Shown here in pieces: positions 1 through 9,648 of a stretch of DNA of 64,000 bases. Under the pieces are notes generated by a model. The model was not told where the DNA came from and made no database searches. It was given only the letters and a program-made list of their open reading frames with translations. Position 1 is the first letter of the stretch. Each line of letters begins with the position of its first letter. The stretch comes from an uncultured Methanosarcinaceae archaeon (GTDB lineage Archaea > Halobacteriota > Methanosarcinia > Methanosarcinales > Methanosarcinaceae). Where the stretch lies: positions 500,578 through 564,577 of the forward strand of contig CAWHXP010000008.1 of the NCBI GenBank assembly GCA_963833425.1, read 5' to 3'. The position numbers and the translations under genes are program-made.

Positions 1-419
1 CTAAGATTAGCATCGTGAAGATTAGATCCTTGAAGTTTAGCTTCTTGAAGGTCAGCTTTTTCAAGGTCAGCTCCATAGAGATTAGCCGCTACAAGATTAG
101 CTCCTTGAAGGTTAGCTTTATAAAGATTAGCCTTTTGAAGCTTAGCTCCCATTAGGTTAGCGCTTTCAAGGTTAACTTCAGTGAGATCAGCTCCATAAAA
201 ATTAGCTTCTTTAAGGTTAGCCCCTTGAAAGTTAGCTTTTTCTAGGTTAGCTCCTTGTAGTTTAGCTCCTTCAAGGTTAGATTCTTTAAGTTTAGCTCCT
301 TTAAGATGAGCCGCCATAAGGTTAGCTTCTTGAAGTTTAGCCCCTACAAAGTTAGCTTCTATAAGGTCAGCTCCTTGAAGATTAGCCCCGCGAAAATCTT
401 TTTTACGTGATGCGGTCAT
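1..419 (-). CDS. Pentapeptide-repeat protein (3' end runs off window)
   Basis: ATG at 419; reads MTASRKKDFRGANLQGADLIEANFVGAKLQEANLMAAHL... with open A[N/D/K]Lxx repeats to the window edge; not in the ORF track because no stop lies in the window. Confidence 0.9.
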   Translation of the reverse strand, partial: MTASRKKDFRGANLQGADLIEANFVGAKLQEANLMAAHLKGAKLKESNLEGAKLQGANLEKANFQGANLKEANFYGADLTEVNLESANLMGAKLQKANLYKANLQGANLVAANLYGADLEKADLQEAKLQGSNLHDANL

Positions 420-875
420 ATATAGCTATTAGCTTTTAATTGAAATAAACGTTACTGATCATGGAAAAATATCTTTTATCCTTCAGAATTTAGTTTTTAA
501 AATTTTGCCTATTTACAGTTGCGTCTACAAGGATCGCAAGAAATGATAGCTACGTCCTTAAGATAAAAAAGCTATTTTCCAGATTTTGCACTTACTTTTT
601 ATGGATATCTTGCTTTTCGACGAGATAAAAATGCAAGTTTTTAGTTTTTTTTAGTTGTTTTAGGGATTTTAGTAGAACCTGAATATTGTTTTCAAAGTTT
701 CTCAATTTAAAGTAAAAATATCTATGATTTTGACTAAAACTGAGAATGCATAGTTTTTTATACAAATATAGTATCCTATTTTTTTCTGTTCTGTACTTTT
801 GTGAGGCTAGAGCAAATCTGCTTCGACTCATGAAATGTCAGTATTATTGCAATGAGGTTGGATGATGAAAATATC

Positions 876-1872
876 GGCTCTGTAGAAATGCTCTAAATTG
901 AACTTTTACACCATAATATTATAACTATTCAGTTATAATATTCTTCTTATTTTTTCGATAAAAATGAAGGAACATTTAATATTGAAGTTTAATAAGTACA
1001 TTAAATTTGTTGATACTAGTCTTGAAACTGTTCAGTCTTCGAGACTGAAGCCTTATTCCTGCAAGTATTCAAAAACGTTTATACTCAGCATCAGCTTCTT
1101 GCACTGGTTTTATTGAAAGAGTATAATAGTACAGACTATCGAGATTTTGTAGAACTTATTGACCTTATGAGAGATATAAAAGAAAAACTTGCTCTTGACA
1201 AGATTCCACATTTCACTACCCTTCAAAAGTTTGTAACTAGGATTCCTTCCTCTCTGTTTAACCTTCTTCTGTCAAGGATTCTAAAGCTGTTTTACTCATA
1301 TGGAGAAAATGTCTCTGTTGCAGCGATTGATGCAACAGGATTTACGAGTTCATATGCAAGTTGTTATTATTCCAGAAGAACAGGGAAGCTTCGAAGAAGC
1401 TTCCTGAGAACTTCAATGTCAGTGGAACAAATAAAAAGATAATATTGGGATGGAAAATTAGTCAAAAAACAGACCATGAAATCAAACATACAAATGCTCT
1501 GATAAGGCAATCAAATAAGATGAAAAAGTCTGATTGTTATGTAATGGATAAAGGAAATGATTCAGAAAAAATACATTCTATAATTAGAGAAGAAATCAAA
1601 GCAGATTCATTATACCTGTAAGAGAGAGAAAAATAAAGAAAATAAGAGGGAAATATGAAAACAGTTGAATCTGGTCTTTGACAGAATTAAATAGAATCAA
1701 AGAAATATCGTGGAGACAATATTTTTGTAGTTAAAAGAAAATTAGGAGAAACACTAAGGGCAAGGAAATTCCGTTATCATTGAAAGAGATTAAAATTAAA
1801 TTAATAATATACAACATAGACAAAAAAAATTATAGAAATAATTTGCGTCAAATTAAGGATTTCTACAGAGCC
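876..1872 (+). mobile_element. IS5-family insertion sequence, full length (997 bp), transposase frameshifted
   Basis: Terminal inverted repeats GGCTCTGTAGAAAT...ATTTCTACAGAGCC; perfect 8-bp target duplication AAAATATC (868-875, 1873-1880); DDE fragments AIDATGF and VMDKG split over several frames. Confidence 0.93.
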
Positions 1873-2673
1873 AAAATATCATTCATTTATTAGTAGACAT
1901 CCAAACAACGAATAGTCACAACTGATTTTAATTTGCAACAGATTCCCGAACTTGCCAAATTTTCTCTAATTCACATACAATGTAGGTCTAAGAGAGTGTC
2001 CTGAAAAATTATCAAATCATGACTCGTATCAAACATATCAATAACTAGATCTAATTTGATATACATTTTTTACAGTTATTCTAAATAGCACTCCTAAGAC
2101 TAATTTACACTAAAATTAAGTGATCCAGATCTTAAAGACCATGAAAATAACCTTCTGGAATGAAATGTTGATATTTTACCAGTATTCATACATAAAAACC
2201 CAAAAAGTTTGGCAAAATATATTAAAAAATTCTTTTTATTGAAAGTAAAAATATTGAAAAATTTGTCAGAAACTTACGAAGTAAGCACAATTGTGGTATC
2301 ATAAAATTGGGTTACTGACTCAGTTTATTCATTTTGTTAATTTTGTCTTCTATGCGACACTATTATTTCTTTTTCGGATATTTTCCACTTCTGACCGTGG
2401 TTTAAGTTAATCAAGATCAGTGCCTATGAGCTCCACACCAAACACTCAATGAGGGCGACAATTTTCAGTATGTAACGTATTTTTTATAAGTGTTTTATAT
2501 AGTATATACTAATATCCAATTAAATATAACTATTTTAGTTACATATATAGGTATATAACATATGCAGAAAATATTTATATATTAATCTTTTAAATTATAT
2601 ATTTACATAAACACAAACTAAAATATATAGATAACTGACTTATAAATGTTTATTAATACCGGGTGGGTGTAAA

Positions 2674-2832
2674 ATGACAAAAAATAATAGGAAACGAATA
2701 GAACTTCTCAGGATTCATAAAGGAATTTTAAACTTTGTTTTGAACGTGAAAAAGCTGAACATTGTGAGTAAACTTGGGTACGTATCGCTAAATCAGTAGG
2801 AAATTGAAAAGTTTAAGGAAAAATACATATAA
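2674..2832 (+). CDS. Possible small basic protein (about 52 codons) with an in-frame TAG at 2797-2799
   Basis: TTATAAA at ~2640, GGTGGGTG before the ATG, MTKNNRKRIELLRIHKG...VSLNQ(TAG)EIEKFKEKYI-TAA; no recognised homolog. Confidence 0.25.
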
Positions 2833-3429
2833 TACATATAAATGATCTATGGGAAAACATCACTTTTTGGTTGGGTACTTTCCAAAGAATGATTAAGGCA
2901 AATTTTCGAGGTAACTGGTCTTATGATACGTGAATATAAAATTGATCATGTGGTCATTTTCTGGGTTTTAATTTTTAATTTTGGTGTACACTCGCAGAGT
3001 ATACTTGCAGTTTAAAAAAGATGAAAAATGCAAATAACACTATAAGCTACGCCAGCTGTTATTATTGATTCATGCCAGAATTTGTTGAGTTTTTTTATAA
3101 GTATCATATCCATGGCAAAAAACACTTGAAAAATAATTTTGTAGAAAACTTAGCAAGGAAATCTAAAAATCCAAGTATGTTCTTATTCAGGACAGCCAAA
3201 TTGTTCGCCCCCACACCTCTTGATAGTCCATCATTATATGCCCGATGGTTTTATGATTAAGCTTTAATTGTAAAAATTACTTATGTTTCCAAAAATTGAA
3301 GCAGATCTTCTCTAGCCTACCAAAGTGTGGAACAGAAAACAAATTGGAAACTGAGTTAAAGATATTTTGGAGACAACATGATCAAATAATTGAGCCTTAG
3401 CTGAAAATAAAGAAAAGGGGAATTTGATA

Positions 3430-5105
3430 ATGTCTGCACTTCAGGGAGTATTAAATGGACAAAAAATCGCGTATTTTTCTATGGAAATAGGTCTTCGAAG
3501 TGAAATTCCAACCTATGCTGGAAACTAGGAGTACTGGCCGGGGATTTCATATATTCTGCTGCAGACTTGAAGGTTCCACTGGTTGCAGTGACCCTAGTAA
3601 GCAATAAAGTATATTTCAAGCAGACTCTTTATCCTTCTGGAAATCAGATCAGCACACTGAAGAATGGAATCCTGCGGTTTTTATGACTACTCTTACAGAA
3701 GTGGTAAGCGTAAAAATTCAGAATCGAGATATTAAAATCAGAGCCTGGATGTATATTTGCAAGAGCCTCACTGGAGACACAGTGCCAGTAATTTTTCTCG
3801 ATACTGACGTCGAAGGTAATGAACCGGAAGACCGAAGGATTACGGATTTTCTCTATGGAGGAGATCACAGTTATAGGCTCAAGCAAGAGATAGTGCTTGG
3901 AATTGGAGGAGTAAGGATGCTTGAAGTACTTGGGTTCAAGGTCAGAAAGTACCATATGAACGAAGGGCATTCAAGCTTGCTTGCCTTAGAACTTCTGAGA
4001 TCTAATGGTACAGACTCAACGAAAGTAAAAGACCTCTGCATTTTTACTACTCATACCCCTGTGGAAGCAGGGCATGATAAGTTCGATTATGAGCTCGTAG
4101 CAGACCTGATCCGTGATATGAAAGATATTGACATACTCAGGAAGTTTGGAGGAGTGGATCGCTTTAATACAAGCCTTTTTGCTCTGAACCTGTCAAATTA
4201 TGTAAATGGAGTCACAAAGCGACACAGCAAGATCTCAAATGAACTCTTTCCAGGCTACAAAATCCGGTATGTTACTAACGGTGTACATTCTTATACATGG
4301 ACTTCTCCTCATTTTAGGATGTTTTATGATCGCTACCTTCTCCTGGTTGGGCAAATGAGCCTGAACTTCTGGTGAGAGTCGGGGTAATCCCAGAAACTGA
4401 GATATGGGAAGCACACTGGAATGCAAAAAAAGACTTGATTGATGATGTAAACAGAAGAACAGGTGCGGGGATGGATAATGAAAGCCTGACTATAGGTTTT
4501 GCACGTCGCATGACAGCATATAAACGTGCAGCATTGATCTTCTCCGACCTTGAGATGTTCAGAAAAGTAAACCAGATAGGCAAAATTCAGCTTATTTTTG
4601 AGGCAAAGCCCATCCCAGTGAGGAAGCTGGGAAACATATTATCAAGGATATTTTAAAAAATATCGAGAAACTTATAAAAGAAATGAAAATTGTTTTCCTG
4701 GAAAATTACGACATGAATCTAGCCACAAAAATGGTTTCTGGAGTTGAAGTCTGGCTGGATACTCCTATTCGTCCCTATGAAGCGTCGGGTACAAGCGGCA
4801 TGAAGGTTGCTCATAACGGAGTCGTGAATTTCAGTGTGCTTGACGGCTGGTGGATAAAAGGATAGGTCGAAAATATAACAGGTTGGGCTATTGGACCTCC
4901 TGCCCAAGAGAGCTTTTCTGAGGAAGAGACTAGAATCGCTGAAATCAACGACTTTTACAATAAGCTCTACTATATCATCATTCCTATGTACTCTGATCGA
5001 AAAGACGAGTGGTTCAAGCTTATTAACAACTCCATAGGCATGTTAGCCTATTATTTCAACAGTCACAGAATAATACGCCGTTATGTCATACGTGCTTACC
5101 TTTAA
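3430..5105 (+). pseudogene. glgP: Alpha-glucan (glycogen) phosphorylase, multiply frameshifted
   Basis: Motifs [53 protein letters not shown] and DGWW spread over at least 4 frames; in-frame TAG at 4863-4865. Confidence 0.93.
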
Positions 5106-5220
5106 ATTACAAAAAGTACGAAATAAAGAGCAAGGTATATATGAACTTGTCAAATCCTAAAAATTACGGAGACCTGAGAAATACCCACAAGTAACTGAGC
5201 AGAAATAAGGAGACAGCTTA

Positions 5221-7746
5221 TTGGTCAATAATGAGAATAAATTCGAATTTTGAAGTATTCCTACAGCTGACATGTTGAACAAACTCCAAATAACAACCGA
5301 TGGTCTGAAAAGTGCAGAAGTTGATGAACGTCGTAATAGGTATGGAGCTAATATTCTCAAACCAAAAAAACGAACCGACACCCTCACACTTCTGCTGTCC
5401 CAATTCAAGAGTCCAATTACTCTTATCCTCATTTTTGCATCTGGACTTTCTTTTTTTCTCGGTGACGTCACAGATACTGTAATCATCGTAATTATTATCC
5501 TGATCAGCAGCATGCTGGGTTTTTGGCAGGAAAAGGGTGCTGCTGACGCTTTTGGTAAACTGCTGGCTGCTGTGCAGATAAAAGCTGCTGTGCTTAGGGA
5601 TGGTGAAGAAAAAGAAATTCCTGTGGAAGAAATTGTGCCTGGAGACATAGTAATCCTCAACGCCGGGGATATCATACCTGCAGACTGCCTAATTCTGGAA
5701 TCAAAAGATCTATTTGTTAGTGAAGCGACTCTCACTGGAGGGACTTATCCTGTAGAAAAAGTTCCAGGCGTGCTGAAAGCAGAAACCCCTCTCGCAAGGC
5801 GCACAAATTCTCTCTGGATGGGAACTAGTGTGGTCAATGGTAGCGGAAAAGTTCTAGCAGTTTCCACAGGGAAGGGAACTGAGTTTGGAAAAATATCCGA
5901 GAGATTAAAACTCAGGCCCCCGGAAACAGAATTTGAAAAAGGAATTTCAAATTTTGGACATTTTCTGATGGAAGTTACGATACTGATGGTATTAGTCGTA
6001 TTTGTGATAAATGTATATCTCAAGCGCCCGATTTTGGAATCATTTCTCTTCTCACTAGCTCTTGCAGTTGGGCTGACCCCTCAGCTCCTTCCTGCAATCA
6101 TCAGCGTCAATCTTTCCCATGGAGCAAGAGAGATGGCGAAAAAGAAAGTTATTGTCAAGAGGCTGGCTTCCATTGAAAACCTTGGCAGCATGAATTTGCT
6201 CTGTTCCGACAAGACCGGTACTTTGACCGAAGGCGAACTACAACTTCACTTTTTTCAAGATCTTAAAGGAAATCAGAATGAAAAGGTCCTATTCTATGCT
6301 AGCCTTAATGCCTATTACCAGAAAGGCTTTGAAAACCCAATCGATAGGGCAATTCTAGAATATAATAAATTTGATCTGGCTAAGTATAAAAAACTAGATG
6401 AAGTTCCTTATGATTTCTTGCGCAAAAGATTGAGCATCCTCGTCTCAAAAAGCGATACGAACCTTATGATCACCAAAGGTGCACTTAAGAACATTCTTGA
6501 AATTTGCTCCTCAGCAGAGATCGAACCTGGAAAGACCGTAGAAATTTCCGATTTGAAGAAAATAATTGAGCAGCAATTTGAAGAGTTCAGTAAAAACGGG
6601 CTCCGTACTCTTGGTATTGCATACAGAGAAATGGGCCAGCAGAAGATTATAGGAAAGGAGAACGAAATCGATATGACCTTTTTAGGATTCCTCTTCTTTT
6701 TTGACCCCCCAAAACAGGGGATTGTAAATATAATCGAAAACATGGAAAAACTTGGAATTTCTCTAAAAGTGATTACCGGAGATAATAAGTATGTAGCTAC
6801 CAGTATCTGCAGGGAGATCGGCCTCAAGAATGCCAGAGTCATAACTGGACGTGAACTTGATAAAATGAGCAGTGAGGCCCTGATAAAGCAGACAAAAGAT
6901 ACTGATATCTTTGCCGAGGTAGAACCGAATCAGAAAGAGCACATTATTCTTGCGCTCAAGAAAAGCGGAAACGTTGTTGGATTTATCGACGGGATCAATG
7001 ATGCGTCTTCTCTTCATGCAGCAGATGTAGGAATCTCTGTTGATAGTGCTGCAGACGTTGCAAAAGAAGCTGCAGATATTGTGCTGATGGAAAAAAGCCT
7101 GGATGCACTTATTGAGGGGGTAAAAGGAGGACGAAAAACATTTGCTAACACCCTAAAGTATGTCTTTATGGCTACAAGTGCCAATTTAGGGAACATGTTT
7201 AGTATGGCAGAAGCGTCCCTTTTCCTGCCTTTTCTACCTCTGTTGCCCACGCAGATTCTACTAACCAATTTATTAACTGATTTTTCGGAGATGACTATAG
7301 CTACGGATTCTGTGGATAAGGAATTGGTCGAAGAGCCGCATCGCTGGGATATAGGTTTCATCCGCAAGTTTATGATGGTATTTGGCATTATAAGTTCTGT
7401 ATTTGACTATTTGACCTTCGGTGTTCTACTCTTCCTCCTACCAGGTATGACAGAGCAATTCAGAACTGGCTGGTTTGTGGAATCCGTTATTTCGGCATCG
7501 ATGATAGTTCTGGTAATCAGGAGCAGGAAACCATTTTTTAGGAGTAAACCTGGAAAATACCTGCTTGCAGCCACCCTCGTGATAGTAGGCCTGACTCTTT
7601 GCATCCCATTTACTTTTTTTGCGGCTCCTTTTGGCTTCAAACCTCTTCCAATTACGGTAATTTTAATAATTGGAGCCATAGTAGGGCTATACATCCTTAC
7701 GGCTGAAATAATAAAAAGATTTTTTTACAAAAGAACAACATTTTGA
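5221..7746 (+). pseudogene. mgtA: Magnesium-translocating P-type ATPase (MgtA-like), probably inactivated
   Basis: DKTGTLT, PYDFLRKR, KGA and VITGD motifs. Likely start TTG 5221 after AGGAGA, with in-frame TGA at 5251 (F*SIP). TGE motif reads TGG; GDGIND hinge reads GFIDGIND (Gly missing). An 824-aa ORF remains from 5272. Confidence 0.8.
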
Positions 7747-8359
7747 GCTCAATATGTACTGATCCCACAGATGATTTTCAACCCTCTTCGGAGTCATTCT
7801 GACTTCGCTAAATTCTATTGTAATGTGACTGGCATTGCTCCTTATTCAAATTGAATTTGAGAACATCAAAGTCAATTACTCAGAAGATATGGATGCTTTT
7901 GCAAAAAGCCTTATTAATGGAACGTTAACAAAAAATTTGTGTAAGTTTTAGCCCTTTTAGTCGTTATTCTACTCGTCGGTGCTCCCTTATTAATTAGTTG
8001 ATATTTTGAACGATCTATAGTCTAGAGTTTTTTTATTTTTTCTGATTCTTCTCCAATTATAAAAGAAAAATCAAAATCGACAATTTCTCTTTGGAGTAGT
8101 CACTCTTCAACTAGATAATTATTTTCAATCAACGAAAAACAATGAACAGCAAAATTTTTGCCTATGTTTTTGATGACTCGATTATTCTTCGATTATTCTA
8201 TGACTTTCAGGAATGTACAAGTTTCTACCAATTAAATCCAGTAAATGCAAAAAAAGTATTAAAAGCATAGCAAAATTAAATAAGTGCTCTTGAATTCGAT
8301 TTTTAAGTTGAATCGGTAAATACTAATTACAAGAATACTTTCACCTAACTTCCTCAAAC

Positions 8360-8367
8360 CTTTTTAT
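8360..8367 (+). promoter_or_regulatory. Putative TATA box for a leaderless dinB transcript
   Basis: CAAACC-TTTTTATG about 24-30 nt before ATG 8391; no SD seen. Confidence 0.35.
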
Positions 8368-8390
8368 GTTTTTAATTTCATATTACGACG

Positions 8391-9497
8391 ATGCTCACCC
8401 TTAATCCTAAAGTAAATAATTTTGAAAGGCCGATTACCTTCCATATAGACATGGATAGCTTTTTCGCATCTGTAGAGGTCAGAGAAAAGCCAGAACTGAA
8501 GGGATTGCCAGTGGTTGTAGGCTCTGACCCTAAAGGGGGATCAGGCAGGGGAGTTGTGAGCACTTGTTCATATGAGGCGAGAAAATATGGAATTCACTCC
8601 GCAATGCCAATTTCAAAGGCCTACAGGCTCTGTCCTGATGCTGTCTTTTTGCCTGTAAATATGAACCTATATGTTGGAGTTTCGGTAAATGTAATGGAAC
8701 TCTTGAAAGGGTTAGCAGTAAAATTTCAGCAAGTAAGTGTTGATGAAGCCTATATATTACCAGGGCCTGATATCGGGAATTTTGAGGAGGCTGCTATCTA
8801 CGCCCTTAGAATTAAGGATAAAGTCCAAAGGCAGGAAGGAATTACCTGTTCTGTAGGAGTCGGGCCAAATAAGCTTATTTCAAAGATTGCTTCTGGATAT
8901 CAGAAACCTGACGGGCTTACGATTGTAAGGCCTGAAGAAGCCAGAAAATTTCTTTTCCCGCTAAAAGTTTCAAAGATTCCCGGAATAGGGAAGAAAATGA
9001 CCGAGGCCTTAAAAGAGGTGGGAATAACCAAAGTAGGAGAACTCGCAAATTGCAATGTTCAGCTGCTTTTGGAAAGGTTTGGAAAGATGGGGGGCCACAT
9101 GAAGCAGATGGCAAATGGGCTCGATTTTGAAGAGGTTCGGGAAAGAGAAAGAGTGAATTCGATAAGTAGGCATGTGACATTGGATGAAGATACAAAAGAC
9201 CCTGTGAAAATTCAAGGGACCCTGGACATACTTGCTGAGAGTGTACACAACTCTCTCCTGAAACACCGCTTCCTTTTCAAAACAGTAACCCTTACAGTCC
9301 GTTTTGAAGACTACTCCACGTACACACGCTCAAAAACTGCCCCAATTTGGACTTCGGATATTTTTGTTATTAAACGGACAGTTATACAGCTCATTTCGGA
9401 ATTTTTTGGCAGGCAAAAATTCAGGCTTGTAGGGGTAGGAGTCACAAAATTAAGGGAAAGAGACAAGATACAGACTTTGATTACAGATTTTACATAA
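8391..9497 (+). CDS. dinB: DNA polymerase IV (Y-family, DinB/Dbh)
   Basis: HIDMDSFFASVE, CSYEARKYG, SVDEAY, KPDG, IPGIG and little-finger RLVGV motifs. Confidence 0.95.
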   Translation: MLTLNPKVNNFERPITFHIDMDSFFASVEVREKPELKGLPVVVGSDPKGGSGRGVVSTCSYEARKYGIHSAMPISKAYRLCPDAVFLPVNMNLYVGVSVNVMELLKGLAVKFQQVSVDEAYILPGPDIGNFEEAAIYALRIKDKVQRQEGITCSVGVGPNKLISKIASGYQKPDGLTIVRPEEARKFLFPLKVSKIPGIGKKMTEALKEVGITKVGELANCNVQLLLERFGKMGGHMKQMANGLDFEEVRERERVNSISRHVTLDEDTKDPVKIQGTLDILAESVHNSLLKHRFLFKTVTLTVRFEDYSTYTRSKTAPIWTSDIFVIKRTVIQLISEFFGRQKFRLVGVGVTKLRERDKIQTLITDFT

Positions 9498-9648
9498 TCG
9501 CTCTAGAGACTCTTTATTATTTTCGAAGTTTTTGATTGATTGCAGTTAATTGCCAGTGAAATTGATGTTGAATGTTAGCGATCAAAGGAGATATTAAAAA
9601 TCTCGAGATTTTTGTGCTCACTCTTTTCAATAAATCGCGAACATTACA

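Noticed and set aside
1..419. 15-bp periodic repeats here and at 18200-18700 as a CRISPR or non-coding array
   Set aside because: No spacers; the periodicity is the codon pattern of pentapeptide-repeat proteins
2460..2660. Very AT-rich TATA-repeat tract as a replication origin
   Set aside because: No ORB boxes or cdc6/orc1 gene nearby; similar tracts occur throughout the window
4863..4865. Pyrrolysine codon in glycogen phosphorylase (also TAG 57077 in the GT)
   Set aside because: Both genes are also frameshifted; a nonsense mutation is the simpler explanation
5157..7694. Antisense ORFs overlapping mgtA (and those over the helicase, pus10, infB, the ligase and IS copies)
   Set aside because: Shadow frames of real genes on the opposite strand
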